Shown here piece after piece: positions 35,448-48,110 of a stretch of DNA of 64,000 nucleotides; the first letter of the stretch is position 1, and every line of letters starts with the position of its first letter. A model generated the notes under the pieces. That model was given only the letters and a program-made list of their open reading frames with translations. It was not told the origin of the DNA and ran no database searches. The stretch covers positions 21,452,001-21,516,000 of the forward strand of contig CATNEN010000038.1 in assembly GCA_950097015.1 (NCBI GenBank), read 5' to 3'. The position numbers and the translations under genes were made by a program. This DNA is from Macrostomum hystrix. Its lineage: Eukaryota > Animalia > Platyhelminthes.

Positions 35448-36293
<846 letters not shown>

Positions 36294-37351
36294 TAATGCT
36301 TTTATCATTGAAAGCAATTTGCCCGTGTTTTCCTATCATTTTAGCCACTTCTACTGAAAATACTGCATTACTTACTGCTTATTCACTGCAAATGACATAT
36401 ACTAGGTTACTAGGTTACTAGGTTTTCATTTCAGTTTGTTCTCAATGCTGTCTAGTAAGTGGGTTGTATGGGTACACTGCACTCACTGTACAGTTGTATC
36501 TGACATGTCAGATTGATTCCGCTGAAATTTTACATTGTGTACTAGCATTGGCCAAAGGCGAGTTAGGCCTCGTGAATTCCGCTTGCTTGTTTATTTACTG
36601 GGCATTCCAAAGTACAGTTCTTCTGGTTGGATGGCTGTTCTATTTTCTTCTCTCTCTCTAGTCCAGTCTCCCAAACCAACCTAGGCTAGGAAAAAGATCC
36701 CTCACTTCCCGTCACACTATTCAGCTTCCCTTTGAATTTTTCCTCCAAACCCCGGTTTGCCAGCCCCCCACCCCAACACCCGCCAAATCCTCATTCCTAA
36801 GTCCCAATCCCCCTGAGGAATTAGTTAACCTCCTTTCTCGTCTCCCAGGGTACAGGGGAAGGCCATTCTCCCAGTCCCCCCACTGCAAATATTTCCCACT
36901 GTACACAAGTGGCAGCGAGTGAGTCACTGATTCATTCTGTTTAATAGGCCGTGGGGCGAACCAAACACAAACATTTAGAATCGGCCACGAGGGCGGGGGT
37001 CGAAATGTACACCCCAGCCCACCCCAACCTCCGCCGGGCCCACAATCGATTCTTCGTCCTATCTGGCCTGGTAGGCTTACGTCCAATAAAATTCCAGCAA
37101 GACCCGCCACCCCTGGAGCGGAGGAGAGGGGGACAGAGGGGGAGGGAGGCCACTTCACACAGCCCTCTGCCCGACCCCCCATGACACACAGGCGGGGGCA
37201 ACACATCGGGGGTATATTTTACCGCCATTCCCCTATCCCAATCCTCTAATTCCCGGTTGTTCAATTTCGCGATCTAGGATTCGTTATTTCATTGTTTAAT
37301 AAGTTTCTATTTGTTTGTTTATAAGTAGCAAACTAAGACGATTAAACAAAA

Positions 37352-37681
37352 ATGCGAACCGGACAAGTTTGGGTTTTCCTAGAAATCGGCCTAGGCGTCA
37401 TCTTCATCATCACCCTGTTCTGCCTGTGCAGATTCTTCGATCTGCGGAAAGCCCGCAACAGGAAGCGCAAGGCTAAGGCCGCCGACGAGGACTGCTACCA
37501 GAGACAGCTGGCCCAGCAGCGGGAGCGGGCCCTGTCGATCCGACGGGAGAGCCTCATGCACGAGACGGCCAGCAATCCGGAGAACGCGGCGGCCAAGGAG
37601 CCTCTGACCGCCGTTGAGGAGAAGCCAGCCGAGGAGGGCGGAGCCGCCTCCGGGGAGTCCACAAAAAAGCCAGCCGAATAA
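37352..37681 (+). CDS. Small single-pass membrane protein (109 aa), unknown function
   Basis: GC-rich ORF in AT-rich flanks with aaaaATG context. Hydrophobic helix VWVFLEIGLGVIFIITLFCLC followed by a basic stop-transfer stretch and an acidic tail. Confidence 0.7.
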   Translation: MRTGQVWVFLEIGLGVIFIITLFCLCRFFDLRKARNRKRKAKAADEDCYQRQLAQQRERALSIRRESLMHETASNPENAAAKEPLTAVEEKPAEEGGAASGESTKKPAE

Positions 37682-37817
37682 TTGACCAAGATAGAATTTG
37701 AAAATAATTGGACTTATTGAATATTGAAGCGAGTCGAATCATTTCATATGGATTGCCAGAGGTGAGACCTGGTGATGGACTTGGGTTGCCAACAAACAAA
37801 TTAGCTTTAGCTTTAGG

Positions 37818-38792
37818 CTCTCAATCAGCCCTTCCTTCAGGCACCCCAATCAGCCCTTCCTTCAGGTTCTTAATCAACCCTTCCTTCAGGCCTCCAATCA
37901 GCCATTCCTTCAGGCACCCCAATCAGCCCTTCCTTCAGGCCGCCAATCAGCCCTTCCTTCAGGCACCCCAATCAGCCCTTCAGGCACCCAATCAACCCTT
38001 CCTTCAGGCCCCCAATCAGCCCTTCCTCCAGGCCCCCAATCAGCCATTCCTTCAGGCACCCCAATCAGCCCTTACTTCAGGCTCTTAATCACCCATTCCT
38101 TCAGGCTTTTAATCAGCCCTTCCTTCAGGTCCCCAATCAGTCATTCCTTCAGGCTCTTAATCAGCCATTCCTTGCCATTTCTTCAGGCTCTTAATCACCC
38201 ATTCCTTCAGGTTCTTAATCACCCATTCACCCATCCTTCAGGCACCCCAATCAACCATTCCTTCAGGCTCTTAATCAGCCATTCCTTCAGGCTCTTAATC
38301 AGCCCTTCCTTCAGGCCCCCAATCAGTCCTTCCTTCAGGCTCTTAATCAGCCATTCCCTCAGGCTCTTAATCAGCCATTCCTTCAGGCTCTTAATCGGCC
38401 ATTCCTTCAGGCTCTTAATCAGCCCTTCCTTCAGGCCCCCAATCAGTCATTCCTTCAGGCTCTTAATCAGCCATTCCTTTAGGCTCTTAATCAACCCTTC
38501 CTTCAGGCCTCCAATCAGCCATTCCTTCAGGCACCCCAATCAGCCATTCCTTCAGGCACCCAATCAGCCATTCCTTCAGGCCTTCAATCAGCCATTCCTT
38601 CAGGCACTCCAATCAGCCTTTCCTTCAGGCCCCTAATCAGCCCTTCCTTCAGGCCCCCAATCAGCCATTCCTTCAGGCCCCCTAATCAGCCCTTCCTTCA
38701 GGCCCGAATCAGCCATCCCTTCAGGCCCCGAATTAGCCATTCCTTCAGGCTCTTTATCAGCCCTTCCTTCAGGCCCCCCAATCAGCCCCCAA
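37818..38792. repeat. ~24-bp minisatellite
   Basis: (aatcagcccttccttcaggccccc)n. Confidence 0.95.
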
Positions 38793-39723
38793 TCGTAATT
38801 CTTACTCAAATTTTTAACTAATTTTAATATCTCTCCTATTATCCCTTTTTTCTCCATTCATTCTCCCATACTAACAAAATCTCCAGTTTAGTACCAACTT
38901 GTACTCATACTGTAGCACATGTCAATCTTTGCACATTGCAGATCTCAAGTTACGAAATGTGACAACTTTAATGAATCTCGAGTGTTTTCATTAAGATTGT
39001 TCAGTGCAATCCGATTAGCTAGTTAGTTAAGTATAGGACAATGCTTTCTTAAAATCAACAGTTATCTCGCACCTAGGCCTGTGTTTTTCAGTTATGAATC
39101 TAGTCAGGAACAGTCTCGGCTCATTAATCTTCGTTTTTATTTCACTAATTTTTCTCGAAATCCTTGTTGACTCAATCTAATTTTATCATTGTCAAATGAT
39201 TTTTTTCGACATCCTATATTTGTTTAGAATTGTAACTGTGTGCTGCAATATAATTACAAGACAGCTTCATACATTACCAGAACAGCTTACTATAGATTTA
39301 GCTCAAATTTATGTAATCGTGTAAAAATGTCATCCATCTAGCTACCTGTATTAAAGTTTTTTTTAAATACAACAAGTTATTCAATTAGCTGCCCTTACAC
39401 TGTCGTAGCTTCACTTATAATGTAAAATAACAAGCACCCTTAAGCATAAAATACAAAATGCTTTATATACTACTGTTCAGTGTTTCTAAAATGCTAATTT
39501 ATCATCAGCCATCTCTTATCATTATCTATTATTCATTTAATTCCAATACCTACAATTCTTTGCTGTCGAACAAATTACTAACTAGTTTTATGTGAGTACA
39601 CTAAAATCATAAAACAATACAAACAATCTCATGCCTTCTGTATCTAACTCCAAAATTAGAGTGCTTCTGAACATTTTCTTGTTTATTGGGATTTGCCGTG
39701 TTTTATTTTTTTAAATAATAAAA

Positions 39724-39828
39724 GGCCGGTTGTAGCCTACTACCACTAGTGGTTAGAGAGTCGGACTAACCACTTGAAGGTCGGGGGTTCGATTTCAGAC
39801 TCCACTGGAACCATTTTTGTCCTTTAGT
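39724..39828 (+). mobile_element. tRNA-derived SINE family B head
   Basis: ggccggttgtagcc...agtggttagag...gggggttcgatt(t/c)cagactccactggaac; related copies at 40878-40935 and 49857-50000. Confidence 0.75.
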
Positions 39829-39831
39829 ATG

Positions 39832-40867
39832 TCCTTCAGGCCCCCAAACAGCCATTCCTTCAGGCCCTCAATCAGCCTCTGCATCAGGCCCCCAATCAGC
39901 CCTTCCTTCAGGCCCCCAATCAGCCATTCCTTCAGGCCCCCCAATCAGCCCTTCCTTCAGGCCCCCAATCAGCCCTTCCTTCAGGCACCCAATCAGCCAT
40001 TCCTTAAGGCTCTCAATCAGCCTCTGCATCAGGCCCCCAATCAGCCTTTCCTTCAGGCCCCCAATCAGCCCTTCCTTCAGGCCCTCAATCAGCCTCTGCA
40101 TCAGGCCCCCAATCAGCCCTTCCTTCAGGCCCCCAATCAGCCATTCCTTCAGGCCCCCCAATCAGCCCTTCCTTCAGGCCCCCAATCAGCCCTTCCTTCA
40201 GGCACCCAATCAGCCATTCCTTAAGGCTCTCAATCAGCCTCTGCATCAGGCCCCCAATCAGCCCTTCCTTCAGGCACCCAATCAGCCATTCCTTAAGGCT
40301 CTCAATCAGCCTCTGCATCAGGCCCCCAATCAGCCCTTCCTTCAGGCACCCAATCAGCCATTCCTTAAGGCTCTCAATCAGCCTCTGCATCAGGCCCCCA
40401 ATCAGCCCTTCCTTCAGGCCCCCAATCAGCCATTCCTTCAGGCCCCCAATCAGCCCTTCCTTCAGGCCCCCAATCAGCCATTCCTTCAGGCCTTCAATCA
40501 GCCATTCCTTCAGGCCCCCAATCAGCTATTCCTTCAGGTACCCAATCAGCCATTCCTTCAGGCCCCCAATCAGCCCTTCCTTCAGGCCCCCAATCAGCCA
40601 TTCCTTCAGGCCTTCAATCAGCCATTCCTTCAGGCCCCCAATCAGCTATTCCTTCAGGTACCCAATCAGCCCTTCCTTCAGGCCCCCAATCAGCCCTTCC
40701 TTCAGGCCCTCAATCAGCCATTCCTTCAGGCCCCCAATCAGCTATTCCTTCAGGCACCCAATCAGCCATCCCTTCAGGCCCCCAATCAGCCCTTCCTTCA
40801 GGCCCTCAATCAGCCTATGCATCAGGCCCCCAATCAGCCCTTCCTTCAGGCACCCAATCAGCCCTTC
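39832..40867. repeat. ~24-bp minisatellite with the same unit as 37818-38792
   Basis: Direct inspection. Confidence 0.95.
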
Positions 40868-40971
40868 TTTTTATAACGACTTGAAGGTCGGGGGTTCGAT
40901 TCCAGACTCCACTGGAACAGTGCTTGTCCTTTAGTTAAGCATGTCGGCTCGAGCCGATTGGCGTGTGAATG

Positions 40972-41105
40972 CCATAGACGAACGCATTTTCGGGGGGGGA
41001 CATGGACGCTAAAATAGGGCGTAACAAAATCGCTGCCTCAGAATAGCAGTCCATACTTTTTTTCTCTTCGGAGAGATATTTGTTTTTTTGTTAAAATATC
41101 TATGG
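40972..41105. mobile_element. Putative CCATAGA...TCTATGG MITE
   Basis: Inverted termini atgccataga / tctatggcat; similar termini cluster at 44289-44645. Confidence 0.45.
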
Positions 41106-41231
41106 CATTTAAAACGAAGTATTTTAATATTTAAATTGGTAAAACACCACCAAGAACATTTTTACATTCACGACGCATGTCTGCAAAAAAATAAATAAAT
41201 AAAACTGGAACGAAATCAAATCATCCATCAC

Positions 41232-44200
41232 ATGGAGACATCCGCCTTGACGACATCTCGCGTAGATGCGGTCGACCGCAGCGGCTGCAAGAAAGCCTCG
41301 ACAAAATTCGCTCACAAGCATAAACGGTGTCAAAAAAAGATGGCGTCAGCATCTGGGATAACGGGGGGAAGAATCTTATCAGCTAGTGGCTACGATTTGG
41401 CTAGTCGCGTTGCCGAATTCCTTCGAAGTTTTCCGGGTTTAAGGGGCCAATATAATCTAGACCTGGTCGAATGTAGTTCTCATCTGTTGCCAGACGAGCG
41501 ACAGATGATTAAGTCCAATTACGCGGCAGTATTTAAAGCGTTGCGTTGGACTCTGGTGAATTTCAACAGCCCCCTAGAAACTTTGGTGCCGGACTCGCGA
41601 ACACCGTTCAAGGACTGCTGCAGCTTCATCTGGTACGCCTATTGTCCGTACAGTAAGCGAGGCTCGCGGATGCAGAGCTTGTATCAGAATGTCATGTTCA
41701 ATGATTCGTCAACCTGGTACATGACTAATAAGCAGGTGAGGAGAAAGGGATCCACTCTAAATAGGTCAACTATTTTGTAAGGGGATTGCAGCGTTTGCTT
41801 GTAGGAATTAGTCTGGTTGATCAACCTGCGCGCTCGACTAAGGGAGTAGCTGTGGCGCCCCATGGTTGGTGGGGCCCTCTCGTATGGGCCCTCACTAACA
41901 CCCTCGCCCCCTCCTAGTAGTGGGGCACCCGTGATAGTGGCGCACCCGTGATAGTGGCGCACCTGTGATAGTGGCGCACCTGTGATAGTGGCGCACCCGT
42001 GATAGTGGCGCACCTGTGATAGTGGCGCACCTGTGATAGTGGCGCACCTGTGATAGTGGCGCACCTGTGATAGTGGCGCACCCGTGATAGTGGCGCACCT
42101 GTGATAGTGGCGCACCTGTGATAGTGGCGCACCTGTGATAGTGGCGCACCCGTGATAGTGGCGCACCTCTGATAGTGGCGCACCTGTGATAGTGGCGCAC
42201 CCGTGATAGTGGCGCACCCGTGATAGTGGCGCACCCGTTATAGTGTCGCACCTGTGATAGTGGCGCACCTGTGATAGTGGCGCACCTGTGATAGTGGCGC
42301 ACCCGTTATAGTGGTGCACCCGTGATAGTGGCGCACCTGTGATAGTGGCGCACCTGTGATAGTGGCGCACCCGTGATAGTGGCGCACCTGTGATAGTGGC
42401 GCACCCGTGATAGTGGCGCACCCGTTATAGTGGCGCACCCGTTATAGTGGTGCACCCGTGATAGTGGCGCACCTGTGATAGTGGCGCACCTGTGATAGTG
42501 GCGCACCCGTGATAGTGGCGCACCTGTGATAGTGGCGCACCCGTGATAGTGGCGCACCCGTTATAGTGGCGCACCCGTTATAGTGGTGCACCCGTGATAG
42601 TGGCGCACCTGTGATAGTGGCGCACCCGTTATAGTGGCGCACCCGTGATAGTGGCGCACCCGTTATAGTGGCGCACCCGTGATAGTGGCGCCTCCCATAG
42701 AGGTTTATACAGAGCACTGTTAATGTCCTTGTCACTAAGGGTCTCCGACAATCGCGTGGCGTTTGGGTGTGGCGTTTCCTAGTCCATGGACTGAACAGCC
42801 GATTGCCTCTAACATATTTGTTCGATTCTATATGCACTCACTCAGTTAATGTGATGCAAAGTAGATGCAAAGTAGATGCAAAGTAGATGCAAAGTAGATG
42901 CAAAGTAGATGCAAAGTAGATGCAAAGTAGATGCAAAGTAGCTCCTATAAGATTACACAGAAATGTCTTCAATCTGCAGAACATGCTTCGTCGACTCCTA
43001 CTAGCCGAAGCTGCCACCCAGGCTGTCGTGGACGCCGGCTTGGTGTCGCAGCCAGATGGCTTTATCGTCAGCAGTCGATGCTTCATACCGCCCAGCCAGG
43101 TGTACAGCTTGGGCAAGGAGTTCGCTGTTGTTAGCAAATTGGGCCTATTTAATTTAGACGCGTCCACAGGTGCGAGTACAGGTCGGATTAGATGGGTCGT
43201 CTGTGGATACAATGGCTTATTAGTGCATGCAATGTGTTGTTAGTGTATACAATGGGTTGTCAGTGGATACAACGGGTTGTCAGTGGATACAACGGGTTGT
43301 CAGTGGATACAACGGGTTGTCAGTGGATACAACGGGTTGTCAGTGGATACAACGGGTTGTCAGTGGATACAACGGGTTGTCAGTGGATACAACGGGTTGT
43401 CAGTGGATACAACGGGTTGTCAGTGGATACAACGGGTTGTCAGTGGATACAATGGGTTGTCAGTGGATACAAGAGCTGTGCTGTCGTGAATCGGAGATCC
43501 TTGAATTCGCCCATGCAAGCAGGTGTCGTCGGCTCATCCTGTTGCATCGTGAAGCCCTCGGCTGGTCTGAAGGGTCGCGGTATTCGCCTGTATCGGCCAG
43601 CTAAGTTTTCGCCAGATTCGCTGAACTCAATCGACGATGTAAAACGTCGAGCAGCGCTGGATTTCACCAATTTTATGCTGTCCGAGTACGGCCAATCCCA
43701 GCTAAATGCCAAGTTCTACATTGTGCAACGCTACATTGATAGGCCGTTACTGATTGGCGGTAGAAAGTTTGACCTTCGCGTGTACCTACTACTGGTGCCG
43801 AACATGGCCTGCGGCACGGACTGCGACAGTAATCCAGGTAGAAGAGGATTCTATGCCTTTTATCATCCTGGATTTGCCCGACTGTCTGGACGGCAGTACG
43901 CCGATGAAAGCGACGATCTGGCGGTCCATCTCACCAATAGTTACCAGCAGGAGACCTCATGCCCTAATACCAAAGTAGGCGACAATAGTTGGACACCGGA
44001 TCGGGTTAATGAATATTTCAACGAACGATATAACAGCGGCCTTGATGGCTTACCAGGCCGAGATTGGTTTCGGGTGAGAAAAAATAATATCAATGTCTAG
44101 CTCTAAAAGTTGTGTACCGAGCTGTGCACAGTCCATGGACTGTAAATAAGGCAGTAACACAAGCCCATATGTTTCTAACGTAGGAAAATAAACTTAACAG

Positions 44201-45149
44201 TCAGAGACTACATAGAACTGGCTGGCCGAGTTATATGTGGACATGGAGAATGGTTTGGACACTAGCTGAGACAAAAACCCCAGGATTTACCATAGACAGC
44301 GTGCCATAATGCTCCAGTCAGCGTTTGTTGAAAGAAATAAAATTATCCAACCGTCAGCATGCAGATAATGGTGCATTATTGCACGCTGTCTACGGTCCAA
44401 TCCACCGCAGATATGAGACCAGACCATAGACAAAAAATATACTTTACGGAGGTTAATTAAATAAGACAGTGACTTTTTTTAATTCGTGCTTAAATGAAGC
44501 TTGCTGCTCTCACACAGTTTTTACCATAGACAGTGAACAGGGAGGCTCCGAATGCATGCATGTATCAAATGCATCTAAAATTAGAAGCGTGCGGCAACTG
44601 ATTAGGCCATAGAAGAATGAGGCGTTGTCGCACGCTTCTATGGTAGGAACAAGCATTATTGGAACAGCGAAATCGTTTGTGAATACAGCTCTAAACTCTT
44701 AACCGTTGAATACACTGATGGTACAGGTGACAGCCCAGGCAGACATTCAGGCCATCTTGGCCTATACCGTGTCCAGGTTCGCACCACAGCTGAGTTCTAG
44801 CCAACGATGGTCCTACAATGCCTTCAAACTGTTGGGCTGCGATTTCTTAATCGACGTCAATCGTCGAGTTTGGCTACTGGAATTAAACTCGTTGCCTTCC
44901 TGGCGCATACTTAACGACTGTCATCGGGTTGTGAAACCGCAGATGCAACGCGAAGCCCTGGCCCTGGCCATCGAAGTGGCTCACCGCAGCGCCAACGGCC
45001 TGCCAGTGACATCTGAATGTCTGGTTATGCGTCAGAATTTTCTTCTGATCAGCTGTCCCATTGGTGACGGCCGCGTTCAGGCTAAACTGGTGCAAGACTA
45101 CGGACGGAGACTGATGGAGGCTGGTGGCATTGCCGGTTCGGAGTCGTAA
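41232..45149 (+). CDS. Tubulin-tyrosine-ligase-like (TTLL) ATP-grasp enzyme; exons 41232-41735, 42980-43169, 43523-44073, 44727-45149
   Basis: IVKPS..KGRGIRL, YIVQRYIDRPLLIGGRKFDLRVYLL, HLTN, FKLLGCDFLID..VWLLELNSLPS; junctions keep frame. Subfamily (possibly glycylase/TTLL10-like) and start codon are uncertain. Confidence 0.88.
41917..42691. repeat. 17-bp intronic minisatellite
   Basis: (gtgatagtggcgcacct/c)n. Confidence 0.95.
43240..43472. repeat. 20-bp intronic minisatellite
   Basis: (cagtggatacaacgggttgt)n. Confidence 0.95.
44289..44396. mobile_element. Small MITE-like element with 24-bp inverted termini
   Basis: accatagacagcgtgccataatgc ... gcattattgcacgctgtctacggt (2 mismatches). Confidence 0.65.
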
Positions 45150-45534
45150 GCCTCATAGCCTCCTTGGCATAGCGCGGGTCACCCTTTTTGGGCCAGACCT
45201 AAGTGCGCAGAAAAAGAAAAAATCAAACATTTCGTTGACAACTGCCTGCTCAAGCAGGTAATTACTTTGTATTTTATTCATAAAAACTTGTCAGTATTAT
45301 ATACTGTAAAGGTGTGCAGCTCACATTAAAAACAATATATTTCGTACACACTAAATTTCACATTTTTCATGATTTTAGACGTTTTTCATCAATAAAAAGT
45401 CAATTCTAAGATAATTCTAAGATTACCGGTCGATATCGATCGATAGACAGGGGGTTTCCCAAAAGATTTTCTAAAAATAGCAACAAGTCAACCCTTCGTC
45501 GGCCAATCAAAAGGGGGCGTCGGCCACTCGTTAG

Positions 45535-46800
45535 TCAGGGCACCCAATGATGCGGCAGTGTGGGAGGCCAATCCGGGTGAATGCAAAAGTCACCCCTAGC
45601 CCTTGTCGGCTGAAATACCAGACCGTCTGGATGACGATCGCAGTCCCTACAGGCGTCGGCTCCATTGTCTTTGCCGTTAGAGGCACCTCTGCCGCTGTCG
45701 ATGCCGAAGTTGAGTCGATTTTTTGATCGTCGGGCGTAGCGACCACCGGCTCCGGCGAGACAGGGATTTGGATGAGGCTTCTAGGGATAATTTTTTGAAA
45801 ATCAAATCAGATCGTCGGCCCTATATGTACTCCAGATCCGAGTATTTCGACTATTTCAGAAACAGTTTTACAAGGCCTTGGATTTCATTATTATGATCCT
45901 TGAGATTTCATTTGTATGATCCTTGGGATTTCATTCGTATGATCCTTGGGATTTCATTCGTATGATCCTTGGGATTTCATTCGTATGATCCTTGGGATTT
46001 CATTATTATGATCCTTGATATTTCATTTGTATGATCCTTGGGATTTCATTCGTATGATCCTTGGGATTTCATTTGCATGATCCTTGGGATTTCATTTGCA
46101 TGATCCTTGGGATTTCATTAAAATGATCCTTGATATTTCATTTGCATGATCCTTGGGATTTTATCATTAAAATCCTCAGGATTTTATATTTTAGGCCTTG
46201 GGATACCACAAGTATATTTAAGATTTTTCGCATCGACGAAATCACTTACGCAATCAATATTTGGTTTCGTTCCAGCCAGTTCCTGTACCGATTCCACCTG
46301 GTCAGTTTGAACTGAAATTTGTTGACATCGCTTTTTGCTTATAAGAAAGACTGCTAGCTCGTAAAGTTAAAGGATTTTAAGTTTTTTAAAACCTAAATGA
46401 CTGACCTTGCTTGTTAGCCAGACAGTTAGCACAGTTATAGTCTCGGACAAAGTGCAGACGACAAGTCATGAACAGTCTGGAAAAATATGGTTTGGATAGG
46501 AAAGTGTAACACGAATTGTACTTTGCAGAAAAAAAACTATTTCTTGGAAAACACTTCTCACTGCGACGGATGAGGCCTATTGCGCCTAGGCGATTGGTCT
46601 CTGCGGCTCCGCTTCTGGATTGCTCTCTGCTGCTGATGCTGAAAGTCCGGTTGGTAAAAGTGGCCCCGATAGCTGCTGCCACCGTCGGTGTCAACCGGAT
46701 GATGCCTGCGCCACTGCTGGTGCGCCTGACGCTGAATTTCGGCCAGTTCAGCTGCAGGCAGTTGCCAGCTGGTTGCCATGGTAACTCTACAGTCACCAGA
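45535..46800 (-). CDS. Probable small multi-exon gene (exons ~46800-46562, 46311-46250, 45780-45535); start uncertain
   Basis: Strong splice sites (|gtgag, tttcag|, |gtaagt, ccctag|) join one frame ending ...RARGDFCIHPDWPPTLPHHWVP*. The 5' frame is ambiguous. Confidence 0.4.
45876..46160. repeat. 23-bp minisatellite
   Basis: (tgatccttgggatttcattcgta)n. Confidence 0.9.
46772..46785. promoter_or_regulatory. RFX X-box-like palindrome
   Basis: GTTGCCATGGTAAC matches the GTNRCC-N(0-3)-RGYAAC consensus. Confidence 0.55.
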
Positions 46801-47241
46801 CTCTATTGTGAAGCCGTCGTTGCAGAGATTAAATAACGGGGCATATATTTTTTGTTAACTATAGTTGAGCTTGGAATTTTAATTAAGGCCGCCCTTTATA
46901 TAGACCAACCGACTGCTGTACTGTAAAAGCGCCTGTCCCTTACCGTTACGCAGAAGAATTGCGTCAATGAATTCAGCCTGTCTGCCTAAAATTCTCTACA
47001 TTCTATTCTTATTTACAGCTCAGTCTGGCCCAGACTGGTAGTAGAGAAGGAAGACGTAGTGTCAGCGATCGTAAAACATTTTCTTTGCAAAGAAACTACA
47101 CAATCTAACGCTTTTATATTAGCAGATTAGCTGGAAGTTGACAGGTTGGACTTCTGTACATAGCACTTTATGGTTAGTAAGTCAGTTCTGATTTAGTTTA
47201 CAAGCAAGTTAACAACTAGATATCACTGGTTATGATTAAAT

Positions 47242-47530
47242 GAGACAGTGGAGAGAGGAGACAGTCGAGAGAGGAGACAGTGGAGAGAGAGGAGACAGTG
47301 GAGAGAGGAGACAGTGGAGAGAGGAGACAGTGGAGAGAGGAGACAGTGGAGAGAGGAGACAGTGGAGAGAGAGGAGACAGTGGAGAGAGGAGACAGTGGA
47401 GAGAGGAGACAGTGGAGAGAGGAGACAGTGGAGAGAGGAGACAGTGGAGAGAGGAGACAGTGGAGAGAGGAGACAGTGGAGAGAGGAGACAGTGGAGAGA
47501 GGAGACAGTGGACAGAGAGAGACAGAGAGA
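47242..47530. repeat. 16-bp purine-rich minisatellite
   Basis: (gagacagtggagagag)n. Confidence 0.9.
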
Positions 47531-47739
47531 GATAAGAGGGGAGGGATGAGATGGTGAGTGGAGATATGGAAAAAGTGCAGAGATTAGAGGGCAGCAGAGG
47601 GTTGATTTGAGACCAGGGATAGATGAGAGGAGAGAGATGATGAGACAGCTGAGAGAATACCGCTTTCAAAATCCGGTATTCACCACTAGAAAGACTGATT
47701 GTTGGACTAGATATATCAGTTTAGCCGCTTCCAGCCAGT

Positions 47740-47857
47740 GGCAACGGCCATACCACGTTGAAAACACCGGTTCTCGTCTGATCACCGAAGTTAAGCAACG
47801 TTAGGTTTGGTTAGTGGAGACCAACTTGGATGGGTGACCGCCTGGGAATACCAAATT
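47740..47857 (+). pseudogene. 5S rRNA-derived copy (pseudogene or SINE3 head)
   Basis: caacggccataccacgttgaaaacaccggttctcgtctgatcaccgaagttaagcaacgt...acttggatgggtgaccgcctgggaatacc matches metazoan 5S. It has an 8-nt insertion, lacks the 3' strand of helix I and has no clear T-run terminator. Confidence 0.85.
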
Positions 47858-48110
47858 TGAATTGAACTTGCATGTCTGACCTTGCATTGGTCACAACACA
47901 AACACAACGACCCCCCCTAACCCACAGACAACCCCAGGCCATACCCACGAGTGCATATTGGTGTACGTTATGCTTCCAACCTCTCTCCCTGTACGCTTGT
48001 CTCTCTCTCTCCCTGTCTCTCTCTCCAAAGACGCGAGCGAAGTCCAAGAATAAAAGAGCCAGCAGCTAGAAAACTGAGCTCGCGTTCTCGCACCCGTTCG
48101 AATAGAAGCA

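Noticed and set aside
36660-37280. GC-rich block that might be a solo LTR or Helitron fragment (similarly 57565-58135)
   Set aside because: No second copy, TG..CA termini, TSD or coding remnant could be identified in the window.
39724-39810. Functional tRNA gene
   Set aside because: A and B boxes are present but the cloverleaf and acceptor stem do not close, and the sequence continues into a core shared with other dispersed copies, so it is a SINE head.
47740-47857. Functional 5S rRNA gene
   Set aside because: It has an insertion in the internal control region, lacks the 3' strand of helix I and is not in an array.
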